From a virus (lineage: Duplodnaviria > Caudoviricetes): a stretch of DNA of 64,000 nucleotides. This document shows, piece by piece, positions 11,879 to 21,928 of the stretch. The notes beneath the pieces were generated by a model. The model saw only the letters and a program-made list of their open reading frames with translations, was not told where the DNA came from and ran no database searches. Both the position numbers and the translations under genes were made by a program. Location: the IMG/VR virus record IMGVR_UViG_3300042914_002678; one strand, given 5' to 3'. Numbering within the stretch: the first letter of the stretch is position 1; every line of letters begins with the position of its first letter.

Positions 11879-12196
11879 ATGAATGAAGAAAATTTTTCCA
11901 ATTTAACCTGGGAATTGCTTAAATATTTTGCATTTAATTATGATGAAATGCTTGATTGCTCTCAAGAAGTTTATAAAAGTAGAATAAGTATTTGCAAATC
12001 TTGTGATCAATTTGATGACATTGAAAAAGTTTGTATGGCCTGTGGTTGTAAATTAGGATCTAAAGCAAGAGCAATTATTGAGTCTTGCCCATTATCAAAA
12101 TGGGATGTTGATAAATCTGATTGGTCAGAAAGAATGAAAAAAGTAGAAGAAATTAATATTCAACTAAGTCTTGACAATAATAAGGAATCTGAGTAG
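11879..12196 (+). CDS. Small Cys-rich protein (CxxC...CxxCGC...CP), possible metal-binding fibre-associated protein
   Basis: RISICKSCDQF...CMACGCKLGSKAR...ESCPLSKW. AATAAATA at 11849-11856 upstream. Confidence 0.5.
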   Translation: MNEENFSNLTWELLKYFAFNYDEMLDCSQEVYKSRISICKSCDQFDDIEKVCMACGCKLGSKARAIIESCPLSKWDVDKSDWSERMKKVEEINIQLSLDNNKESE

Positions 12197-12239
12197 ACTA
12201 CCTTTGTCCTGGTTGAAGATAAGGATCTAAGTTCTTTAA

Positions 12240-12295
12240 GACACTTGAGGAACTGGCATAATGGACTTGATTTTTGATTGAGAGTGCCCTACAAT
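12240..12295 (+). promoter_or_regulatory. Early sigma70-like promoter with upstream GACACTT-N3-AACTGGCA palindromic box
   Basis: GACACTTGAGGAACTGGCAT at 12240; TTGATT 12267-12272, 17-nt spacer, TACAAT 12290-12295. Confidence 0.7.
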
Positions 12296-12311
12296 ATTTT
12301 TATTGAATTGA

Positions 12312-13544
12312 TTGACAATGTTTCAACTCCGCCCTCACCAGCAACATGCTTTGGATGCTCTTATTCAGCATCTTAAAGGTATTCTTGTGATGCCTACAGG
12401 TGCTGGAAAAACTAATGTAGGAATCTTTGATGCTATTCATCAATTTTCTAACTTTGAATCACAGACTGTTATTGTAGTTAGTCCCCGCATCCTCTTGGCA
12501 GAGCAGTTGTCAAGTGAGTACCTTGAGTTTATCACAAATGCTCATGTGATGCACGTTCATACAGGTGAAACGCACCACTTCAGCAGCACTCGCCCTAACG
12601 TTATCCGTGCCTGGTGTGAGCAAGTGGAAGGTCACAAACTGATCTTCACCACTTACAACTCTCTGCAGCAACTGCAACGTGCAGGCATTGCCGTAGATAC
12701 TATCTACTTTGACGAAGCACACAATTCTGTTCGCCGTGACTTCTTTCCTGCTGTAGAGCATTTCTCTTCAGAAGCAAAGCGTTGCTACTTCTTTACTGCA
12801 ACTCCCAAGTATTCTTCTGTGGTTGGCAAACCTGGTATGAATGACGTTGATGTTTATGGTCAAATCATTGCTAAGGTTCCTGCTCCAGATCTTGTGCAGG
12901 GTGGTTACATCATTCCCCCCAAAGTTATGATGAAGGAGATGCGCCTCTCCATCAAGGGTGAGGACATTGCCCAGCGTGATTGTGAGTATCTTCTGCAAAC
13001 GATTGCAGATCATCCTGTCAATAAGATTCTGATCTGTGCCAAGGCAACTAAACACATTATTGGTTTGCTTTCTGAAACTGATTTTGCAAATCAACTTGCA
13101 GAACAGGGTTACTCTGTAATGCACATTACTTCTAAGCATGGTGCTTTTATTGACGGACAGCATGTGAATCGTGAAGTATTCTTTGACACTATTAACAAGT
13201 GGGGCAAAGACTCTGACAAGAAGTTTGTGGTTCTGCACCACAGCATTCTGGCAGAAGGAATCAACATTTCTGCTCTGGAGGCAGTGGTATTCATGCGCTC
13301 TATGGACGTTGTGGGGATCGGGCAGACCGTTGGACGCACTCTGCGTCTTCACCCCCAGGACGCTGCTGGGATCCGCTCTGGTGCCCTTCAGGCGGGCAAT
13401 CTGGAGGCATACACCAAATCCTATGGATTGGTGATCTGCCCCACCTTTGACAAGGCATCTACTAGCACTGCAAAGGCAGTGCAAAACGTGGTAGACATTA
13501 TCTTTAAACAAGGTGATGTCGCCATTAGCGTTATCCGACGCTGA
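12312..13544 (+). CDS. SF2 DEAH-box helicase (type III restriction Res-like domain), copy 1; likely start ATG 12318
   Basis: LRPHQ Q-motif, PTGAGKT Walker A, DEAHNS motif II, FTAT motif III, EGINIS and QTVGRTLR motifs V/VI. Confidence 0.9.
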   Translation: MTMFQLRPHQQHALDALIQHLKGILVMPTGAGKTNVGIFDAIHQFSNFESQTVIVVSPRILLAEQLSSEYLEFITNAHVMHVHTGETHHFSSTRPNVIRAWCEQVEGHKLIFTTYNSLQQLQRAGIAVDTIYFDEAHNSVRRDFFPAVEHFSSEAKRCYFFTATPKYSSVVGKPGMNDVDVYGQIIAKVPAPDLVQGGYIIPPKVMMKEMRLSIKGEDIAQRDCEYLLQTIADHPVNKILICAKATKHIIGLLSETDFANQLAEQGYSVMHITSKHGAFIDGQHVNREVFFDTINKWGKDSDKKFVVLHHSILAEGINISALEAVVFMRSMDVVGIGQTVGRTLRLHPQDAAGIRSGALQAGNLEAYTKSYGLVICPTFDKASTSTAKAVQNVVDIIFKQGDVAISVIRR

Positions 13545-13579
13545 TTTCTTTCCAATTAATTTACACAGGAGATTTTCAA

Positions 13580-13720
13580 ATGAAGTACGTTGTTCAACTC
13601 TACGTCGCTGGCAAAGTTTTTAACGAAGAGGTGCAAGCATCCAATCCACAAGACGCTCGTGCTACTGCAATTGCACGAAACCCTTCTGCTAAAGTAGTTG
13701 GTGTGAACGTTAAATTCTGA
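13580..13720 (+). CDS. 46-aa hypothetical protein (MKYVVQLYVAGKVF...), paralogue of 45184-45327
   Basis: Translated by hand (below the ORF-track cutoff). ACAGGAG ribosome-binding site upstream; stop overlaps the next start. Confidence 0.75.
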   Translation: MKYVVQLYVAGKVFNEEVQASNPQDARATAIARNPSAKVVGVNVKF

Positions 13721-13953
13721 TGACTAATGTTCAAAACGAAGGCATTCTAAATCCCACTCCAGGGAGTCCAAACGGATATGTGACTAAAAACATGGAGTGG
13801 GCAGCAATTCCTTGGGGCAAGAAATTTATTATTGTTCATAAGGGACAGCAAGTGCATACTGCAAACAACTATAAGAGTGCCGTATCCTATATTGAAAAAG
13901 AAGTCAAAGCACTCAAAAGAAACACTAATGGACCTTTGGACAAATTCCTATGA
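13720..13953 (+). CDS. Hypothetical protein, paralogue of 40580-40756
   Basis: WAAIPWGKKFIIVHKGQQV aligns with YAAVPYGNQLMVIHNGEQL. Confidence 0.7.
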   Translation: MTNVQNEGILNPTPGSPNGYVTKNMEWAAIPWGKKFIIVHKGQQVHTANNYKSAVSYIEKEVKALKRNTNGPLDKFL

Positions 13954-14765
13954 CTCAATTATTTACTTGCACATCCGATTCTCCTTATGATAGGCACACC
14001 TATGAAGTTGTGCTTAAAAGTGGTAAAAACGTAATTTTTGAGAACTGGGAGGACACTCAGAGGTATTGGTTTGAGCACAGTCAGATTCCTGATTTTTTGG
14101 ATCTTATAATCGTAAAGGACAAAAAGAAAAGTAAAGAAAAAGTAAAGAGTGGTGGATTTGGTCAATAAATAATTTTAATCATAGAGAAACTTATGACTCC
14201 TTTGTTTCTCGTAACAATTTTATCTTGTTCTGATATTGTGTTGATTGCGAATAGATTGGTAAATGTTAGACTATTGACACCAGAACAAAAAATAGAAATT
14301 CTTCGGGAACTTAAAAAAGTAGTTCCTTCCTGTCCTTTGATTATTAAACCAAATGGAACAAAATGAATCACAAACTGATAAATGGGATCGAGGTCTAACT
14401 CTTTTTGAGGAGAGTGTATTAAAACCTGATCCAGAACTTCGTCAGTGTGCTCACAATCAAAAGTGTTACAATGAACTCATGGCAGTGCGTGAGCATGTGT
14501 TAGAATACCTCAAAACTTTAAGACAATGAGTTCCACTTACATATACTTTGTTATCTTTTTTTGTATTGCTTACTTAATTGTTACCGATCAATCCATAGCG
14601 AGGGCATTTTATATGCTGACTCAACTTGCTCAAGTACAATATGAAAAAACAAAGTGGTGGATAATTCACTCACCAGATAATATCATAGTTAAATGGTTGA
14701 TTTACAGAAAATCTATGAAGATGGCGAAAGAACTGATGGGAGAATTGGAAAAGAAGAATAAATAA
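13950..14765 (+). CDS. Run of small hypothetical ORFs (13950-14168, 14193-14366, 14526-14765 and others)
   Basis: ORF track plus hand translation; tightly coupled starts and stops; ATAAATA at 14165-14171. Confidence 0.55.
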
Positions 14766-14768
14766 TAA

Positions 14769-14820
14769 TGCTTTTATGTGTGGTAACTAAAAGCAAAAGG
14801 GGGGATCCCCCCCCTTTTTT
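14769..14820 (+). ncRNA. Candidate antisense sRNA A (hairpin plus terminator) upstream of a GIY-YIG gene
   Basis: ATAAATA 14758-14764; stem TGCTTTTA/TAAAAGCA; G/C terminator hairpin followed by T6; 14772-14786 is complementary to leader 14845-14859. Confidence 0.5.
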
Positions 14821-14833
14821 ACTGCGTAATTCG

Positions 14834-14841
14834 TATAAATA
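14834..14841 (+). promoter_or_regulatory. T4-type late promoter TATAAATA
   Basis: Exact T4 late consensus upstream of ATG 14866. Confidence 0.75.
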
Positions 14842-14865
14842 GTATTACCACACATAAAAAGCAGT

Positions 14866-15480
14866 ATGAATACTCTACGCATATACACTTATCGTATATC
14901 CTTTGAGGAAGTGCCGTATTATTATTATGGGGTCCATAAAGAAAAAAATTTTAACGAAGAGTATTATGGGTCTCCTGTAACCAACAGATGGTGCTGGGAA
15001 ACTTATACTCCAAAGAAACAGATATTAGAATATTTTGTTGATTGGGAAGAAGCGCAAAGAGTAGAAGCAAGAATAATAAAAGAGTTTTATAATAAAGATA
15101 AGTGGTGTCTAAATGAAAATTGTGCTGGGTATATATCCTTACAGAAAAGAAGTGAGGCAGGAAAAGTTGGAGGTAAAAGGGGGTCGGCAAAATGTAAAGA
15201 AATGGGAATCGGAATATTTGGGATGTCCTCAGAAAAAAGAACTGAAACTGCTAAAAAATCTGTTAAACAGGCAAAGAAAAATAAAACTGGTATATTTGCT
15301 CTAACAAAAGAGCAATTAGTTGAGAATGGAAAAAAAGGTGGTATAATATCTTCTAAAAAGTTAAACTCTCAAAAGTGGATGTGTTTGGAAACTGGTATGG
15401 TATCTACCATAGGTCCTCTTACAAGGTATCAAAAAGTGAGGGGTATTGATACTTCTAAAAAAGTAAAAATAAATAACTAA
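14866..15480 (+). CDS. Free-standing GIY-YIG (Seg-like) homing endonuclease
   Basis: N-terminal IYTYRI...YYYYG...YYGS...E..R.E...I...LNEN catalytic-domain pattern and a basic GK/GGK-repeat C-terminus. Paralogous to 21198-21863. Confidence 0.7.
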   Translation: MNTLRIYTYRISFEEVPYYYYGVHKEKNFNEEYYGSPVTNRWCWETYTPKKQILEYFVDWEEAQRVEARIIKEFYNKDKWCLNENCAGYISLQKRSEAGKVGGKRGSAKCKEMGIGIFGMSSEKRTETAKKSVKQAKKNKTGIFALTKEQLVENGKKGGIISSKKLNSQKWMCLETGMVSTIGPLTRYQKVRGIDTSKKVKINN

Positions 15481-15499
15481 AACGGGGGTAAAACAAAAA

Positions 15500-16293
15500 A
15501 TGTTAAGCACTGCTTATAGGTTGAGATTGGAAGAAATCTGTGAAAAAATTGTAAAAGGAGAAACTGTAGAATTAAACGAAATCATCTGGGCAGAGAAACT
15601 TGCAAAAGCAAATCGTAGTGCTGGTACAATGCTCCGTCAGGCAAGAAGAAAAGCAGAAAATCCTGACATGGTTGAAGGAGACTTAGATGATTTCATGAAT
15701 CAGTTGGACTTGGGTGGTTTGGGGCATGAAGGCAAGGGAATTTCTAGATTTAATAGTATTGATGAAATTATAGATTTCTTTACAGAGGAAAAACCAGAAG
15801 ATTGGAGACAGCGTGACTGATCTCATACAATTTGCCTCTCATGAACTTTACTTATTTGTTGCGTTTATGTGTGGTCTTGTGCTAGGATACGTCGTAGGTA
15901 AACGTGAGGGTAATGACTGAACAACAACCCAATGAATTTGGTAAAGCACTTCAAGAGTGGTGGGATTCTGATTCATTCAAAGAAATGGAAAAGAAAAATC
16001 AAGAAGATCTAGAACGTGCAGTAGGAAAGTATTTTATGCTTTCTGAATCAGACAAACTTGATATGCTTCAGGCAATCTGCCACATTATGTGCAAGGCAGA
16101 ACAGGAAGGAACTAGTCATCGTGGTCTTCAAGATGCTCTTGGAGTTTATCCTGTTGGTTTCTGGGTGACAGAACTTATGGATGTTCATAATGCTCTCTGG
16201 TCTTATTATCATGATCAGAAGCAAGAGCAAGAACTTAAAGACGATTTAGAATCTCTTGAAAAATTTATAGATAAGAATGTAGAGTCTAACTAA
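15500..16293 (+). CDS. Two hypothetical proteins (15500-15820, 15904-16293)
   Basis: ORF track; plausible + strand coding composition. Confidence 0.6.
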
Positions 16294-16297
16294 CTCC

Positions 16298-16774
16298 ATG
16301 GATTACTTAAGAATTGAACCTGGAAAATCTGTTTTAGTTTTAAATTCCAGTTATGAACCACTTAACATTACAAGTTGGAAGAGAGCAATAGTTTTACTTC
16401 TCAAAGAAAAAGCACAAATTCTTTCAACTCAAGTAATCAGATTATTAGATTATGTGAAAGTTCCACTTTCAAAAATTATGTCACATAGACCATCAAAAAC
16501 GATGATCTATAAGCGTGATAGTAATTCTTGTCAGTATTGTGGATCTACCAGAAATCTAACCATAGATCATATCATTCCAAAATGTCGAGGTGGTGAAGAT
16601 ACTTGGGAAAATCTTGTAGTTGCATGTAGTTCATGTAATACAAAAAAAGGTAATACATTATTGGAGCAAACTGGAATGAAATTGAGAAAAAAACCCAGAC
16701 CTCCATTAAACAAAATGCAGTTTACTCTGCACAGTTCAAATATCCAAGAATGGAAATTATACACTTATTCGTAA
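16298..16774 (+). CDS. HNH endonuclease (McrA-like, Zn-binding)
   Basis: CQYCGS...LTIDHIIP..RGG.DTWENLVVACSSCNTKKG; N-terminal VLVLNSSYEPL. Confidence 0.9.
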   Translation: MDYLRIEPGKSVLVLNSSYEPLNITSWKRAIVLLLKEKAQILSTQVIRLLDYVKVPLSKIMSHRPSKTMIYKRDSNSCQYCGSTRNLTIDHIIPKCRGGEDTWENLVVACSSCNTKKGNTLLEQTGMKLRKKPRPPLNKMQFTLHSSNIQEWKLYTYS

Positions 16775-16780
16775 TTAATC

Positions 16781-19700
16781 ATGAAACCCAACTTTCGTAA
16801 AGTATTAGAAATGGCACTTGAAGAAGGTGTTCGTTTCGGTTATAATAGAGCACATAAACATGTAGAGAACCCACACGAAGATGCTGTGGTTGATCTTGTA
16901 GTAGAGGGTGCCATGAACTCTCTATACGAATGGTTTGATTTTCCAGAGGAGAAAACAATTGACTGAAAGATCGCAAGCATTTATGAATGCTATATGGGAA
17001 GCACGGAACGCTGGTGCTGATACTGAAGAGAAACTAGTTGCAGCAATTCTTAAAGTTGCTGCAGAGAATATTCAGTTTTATAATGCTCAAAATAACTTGA
17101 TTGTTTTGGACAAAAATGATATGCTACAACTAGCACAGGAATTAGAGGAATGAAAATCTTTCAAGTTGCAAAATGGTATGTGAGAGAAGATTATGGCAAA
17201 GAATATTGCCTGACGCTTTTCTTTAACGAAAGGCAAGCACTTCTTCAAGTTGCAGTTGATATTGGGGATTATGGTTCTTGGTTTGACTGGCCCTATCTGC
17301 AAATTTCTATGGGATATGGAAGGTTATTTTCTTTCCTATTTTCTCTTGGTAAGATAGGATTTACTTTTGATATTGCTGGTCGTAACTGGCGTGATGAATT
17401 ATTTTATGTAAAAGAGGTGAAGGAATGACTATTTCACAAGGATTAGTATCAGAAGAAAACGAAGATCCTGGATTTGAAATAATTCATCTATCCTTTCGTA
17501 AGAGAGAGTCCACCCATCTTTATGGTGGTCCAGTAGATTATTATATTGGTAACATCGTATTTCGTCTGACGGACCCAGATGCAAGGGGTCGAATGGAATA
17601 TTACATGAGAGAGAATGAAGAGATTCGTGTAGCACCAGACCTTGAGTTGATGGAAAAGTATTACGAAGACCTTCACTTTGTATTTGATGATCCAGAAGAA
17701 CTTGATGAAGAACATGATGGAGAAAAATATACTCCACTTCAAATTCTAAACAAAAATGGTATCAAGGATGAAGATGTATTCATTCGTGCTCATCGTCGCA
17801 ATACTGCACCACTCCATGACTTTATTCAATATAATGAAAAGTTTGATTGTTACCGAATGCACGAATACTTCCAAGACACTCCCGTGGTTCGTGGTATAAT
17901 GCAGTATCTACAAGACATGAAGGATGGAAAACCAAATCCTAGTAGAACTGTTTATCATGAACAGTTCATTAATACACTTGAAAACCTTTGCTGGTGGTGG
18001 GACTGATGAAAGAATTTCCTGATAAACTACAACTTGATATAATGTGGACTGTTGCCACCTCATCCAGTATTGAAACTGGCACAAGACCCCAGTACGGGTT
18101 CGCCCAGATGCTGTATGATTACATCACAGACAAAAAACCTCTTGTTGAACTCGATTATGACTTACAAAGCAACCCTGAAAGTTCAGTTTGATAGTGAATG
18201 GACTTCCACTAGTTACAGTAGTGGTTTTGATGATACAGTGCTCCCCGAAGAGCATTACACTTTTCAGGTTCCTGCCGAAGACCTTAATGTTCATCAACTG
18301 TTTCGCTTCTTTGCAACTGTTGCTCGCGCAATGGGACACGATGAGGTCAACATTATGAAAGGTGCTTGTGGTGTTGCATTTGCTGAGGATAAAAGTGTAG
18401 TGAATATGCGTAAGGTTGCTGATGAGTTTGAACTGACTTTGGGTGAGGACTTGAAGAAGAAGTTTGATGATATGCGAGAAGCAGAAGCAGAGTGGGCACG
18501 ACTGAAGAAAGGTCCGATGGGAACTGTTCTCTCTGATGAGAAAGACCAATGCGACGAGTAATCGTAAAACCTAAATCTAGCAAGGCAAAGAATCGTCTTG
18601 CTAACATTATGGAAAACAATCCTGTCTGTATTGTAGAACAGGATACTGGTGGTGAGTTATTCTTAGCATCAGAAAATCGCAAATACTTTATGTGGGTTAG
18701 TACTCGTACTGGTACTAACCGTTTTGGTGACAAATCTGACGCACATTGGGAGGTTATTTAATGAGTTTTTCTAAGACTGTTTCTGTTTTTGCTGCTCTCG
18801 CAAGTATCTTTGCTGCTGGTGCTACTGGTTGGAAACTTGCAGATTCTCAAAAAGAAGTTCCTCTGAGTCCATTAGACCAAAAGGTTATGGAGTTGGAGAA
18901 GAAACTGGATCAAGCACAACAACCTCAAGTTGCTCCAGAACCTGTAAATCTCCCACAACCTACAGTTCAAACAGCACCACAACTTAACGTACTTCCTGCT
19001 CCAACACCACCTCCTCCTGTTCCCGAAAATGCCACTCCTTGATACTCTCAACTACTTCATACAAGACCAAGAAGGGCACCTACAATGTCTTGAATGGGAC
19101 ATTAGGGAAGAAACCAATTATGAGAACAATGACATTGATTGGTATTGTGAACAGTATGATGAAGCAAAACAACGAATAGAAGACCTCAAACAAATCAAAA
19201 CCATTATTGAAAATCAATGAAAACCTACAATCTCACTATCACTGAAAAGCAGGCACGAGCACTTGTAGATGCTACTGATTTGCTTCAACGAGTTCAACTT
19301 GGTCAGTGGAGAGAAATTCAAGATAATCTACCTCTTCAAAAACCAATTGACTATGAGGAATTTCATCAGGATATGAGAATTATTGGAGCAATTCTATCCA
19401 AACATATGATTGATGGTATTGATGGTGGTGCTTCCTCACTTGGAGTAGGACATCCAGACCTTCCAGAAAGCAATGGTATTCTTTATGACCTTCATCGGGT
19501 AATTCGTAGGAAACTTTCTGTGGAACGAGCAGTAGAACAGGGCATTATTGAGAATGAAAATGTTTCCAGAAATGAAATGCCTATCACAGTAGATTTTGAT
19601 TTACCTATGAAATGGGGAACCGAACCACTTGCTCAAATGGAGAGAGTAAATGAATAAGGACGCATACTACGACTGGATTGCTGAAAACGATACTTATCCA

Positions 19701-21087
19701 GAACATTCTCATAAGTGGATAGTGGGACTTTATACTCCTGATGGTGGTAGATTTGATATGCTACACCGATACTTTGGAACATTTGATACAAGAGAAGACG
19801 CAAAGGTATTCGCAGCAGATTATAAGGACAAATATACAAAACCAGGATTTATTTCCAGAACCAAAATCTTTCCATTATGTGAGGTATTAAAGGACACTTG
19901 AAGAACTGGCACAGGGTATCTCCACAGGTGCCCTTTTTGCCATATAATAACTTCAGTTCAAACAAAGCGATGACCACCATCACTCAAGAGCACTGGGACA
20001 CACTCTACACCAAACTCTATGAGGCGTATGAAGAGTGCAGCAAAAACTATGATGAGACTTACCGACAAATGATCGGTCAAGTTCTGGATCACATGATCTA
20101 CAACAAACCTTATCTGAACATCAAATGATCAGAGCAATCCTCAATCAGTTTCCAGTTAAGTATGGAACTTACACTGCTGAAAACAACAAGATCCGCCGAA
20201 CATTTTCCAACGGTTTCAGTTACATCGTAGAAGAATTTAACTCACCAGAAGAAGCACAACGTATCGTCAGTGACCTCAACTATCTTACAGGCAAATGACT
20301 GAAACCAAAACCTATCCCTACCTCAAATACATTCCACATTGGTTTGCTCTTCGTTTTATTACATTTGCTCCACTTGCGGTCGTCCAATCAACAGTAGATT
20401 TTATTTCTATTTCTTTGGATAAACTTTATGATAAAATGGATAAAGTTCTTCCGCAAGCATATGTTGAAAAGCAAGTAGAATGGGATCAGTTGCCCAAACG
20501 AAATCAAGAGGCGATTGAGTATCTTGCAAAAAAGCGTGATACTACCAAAGAACGAATTCTCATTCAAACTGTGAAACCATGACTGACCACGAAGAACTCC
20601 CAGTATCAAACGAATTCGTCACATTTGTAAGAATTCAACTTGACCACGAACAAAGACAACAACTCCGTCGTTATCTAAATCTTCATTATCTTGGTGATGT
20701 GAATTGTAATGAGTATGATGAGAACTTCAAACTTGTTCCCAAATACCCAGAGAAAGAAACACAAGAGTTCAAAGATGCTATGTGGAGAGCAGATATGTCA
20801 GTAGATTATCAAGTCAAAGTGGTTTATGATGTGAATGGTAAATGTAAAATGGAGTTGCTATGAAACCTTATCTTTTGATTGTTGGGGACAACTACTACCC
20901 TTCTGCTTATACTGGTGATTGGGTTGCTTGTTATTCTACCGAAGAAGAAGCAAAAGAAAAATGGGAAGAACTATCTAAAGATAAGTATAGTAATGATTGG
21001 TATGAAATCGTTGATTTGAGGGAATGGATGGAAGATACTACATTTGATACTTTTGGACCTACTGGACTTATTGGAGACCCACAATAG
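16781..21087 (+). CDS. Run of about 17 small overlapping hypothetical ORFs (early-island type)
   Basis: ORF track; ATGA/TAATG overlaps; no motif recognised with confidence. Confidence 0.55.
19892..19956 (+). promoter_or_regulatory. Early promoter / stem-loop element with palindromic box
   Basis: GGACACTTGAAGAACTGGCACA, short GGGTATC..GGTGCCC stem, TATAAT 19943-19948. Near-identical to 23880-23943. Confidence 0.7.
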
Positions 21088-21102
21088 TAGAATAAATAGA
21101 AG

Positions 21103-21160
21103 TGTCTGTTTGGACGGCAATCTCTACAGACAAAAGATTAGGTGCTTTCGGGCACCTTTT
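21103..21160 (+). ncRNA. Candidate antisense sRNA B upstream of a GIY-YIG gene
   Basis: ATAAATA 21092-21098; stem TGTCTGT/ACAGACA; terminator GGTGC-TTTCGG-GCACC-TTTT; TTTGGACGGCA is complementary to leader TGCCGTCCAAA 21177-21187. Confidence 0.5.
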
Positions 21161-21164
21161 CTAT

Positions 21165-21172
21165 TATAAATA
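21165..21172 (+). promoter_or_regulatory. T4-type late promoter TATAAATA
   Basis: Exact consensus upstream of ATG 21198. Confidence 0.75.
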
Positions 21173-21197
21173 ATAATGCCGTCCAAATAGAATAGAA

Positions 21198-21863
21198 ATG
21201 ACTAAAAATAGTCCTAGAATTTACACATATAAGGTTACCTTTGAAGAAGTTCCTTATTACTATTATGGTAGTAAAAAAGAAAGGTATTTTGATGAAGAGT
21301 ATTGGGGTTCTCCCGTAGCAAACAAATGGTGTTGGGGACTTTATACTCCAAAGAAACAGATATTGGAATATTTTGAGTTTAGTGATGAAGGATATATCAA
21401 AGCACAAGAAGTTGAAGGGAGATTAATTAACCCAGTATATAATACCGATAAATGGTGCTTAAATGAAAGTTGCTTGGGAGTTTTTTCTTTAGAGCAAAAA
21501 AGTAAAGCAGGAAAAAAAGCATATGAACTTAAATTAGGGGTTCATTCAAGAAGTAAAGACCAAATGAGTAAAGATGGTAAAAAAGGTGGAAACAGCAATA
21601 GAGAAAATAAAACTGGAATTTGTGGAAGAAGTTTGGAAGAAATGATTGAACACGGCAGAATAACTGGTTATAAAAAGAAAGAATTAAATATCGGTGTTTG
21701 TGGTTTATCAAAAGAACAGAGAATTGAAAATTCTAAAATAACTAATTCTCAAAGATGGAAATGTTGTATAAGTGGTTATGTATCTACTGCTTCTGGTGTA
21801 GTTCAGCATCAAAAAGGAAAAGGAATAGATACATCAAAAAGTAATAGACGCAGAATAGCATAG
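21198..21863 (+). CDS. Free-standing GIY-YIG (Seg-like) homing endonuclease, paralogue of 14866-15480
   Basis: RIYTYKVTFEEVPYYYYG...YWGSP...TPKKQILEYF...DKWCLNE is nearly identical in pattern to the 14866 gene. Confidence 0.7.
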   Translation: MTKNSPRIYTYKVTFEEVPYYYYGSKKERYFDEEYWGSPVANKWCWGLYTPKKQILEYFEFSDEGYIKAQEVEGRLINPVYNTDKWCLNESCLGVFSLEQKSKAGKKAYELKLGVHSRSKDQMSKDGKKGGNSNRENKTGICGRSLEEMIEHGRITGYKKKELNIGVCGLSKEQRIENSKITNSQRWKCCISGYVSTASGVVQHQKGKGIDTSKSNRRRIA

Positions 21864-21928
21864 GACACTTCTCAAACTGGAACAAGGGCACTTGAAAACG
21901 GGTGCCCTTTGTCGTATAATGACTTCAT
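21863..21928 (+). promoter_or_regulatory. Early promoter / stem-loop element with palindromic box
   Basis: GGACACTTCTCAAACTGGAACA; stem AAGGGCAC/GTGCCCTT; TTGAAA 21892-21897, 17 nt, TATAAT 21915-21920. Confidence 0.75.

Noticed and set aside
12195-12238. Imperfect hairpin between the CxxC gene and the first early promoter
   Set aside because: Weak pairing and no second copy; it cannot be distinguished from an ordinary terminator or spacer.
12768-13511. Long minus-strand ORF (247 aa), also 39187-40011 and 42555-43430
   Set aside because: They are antisense shadows of well-supported plus-strand genes, with no motifs or promoters.
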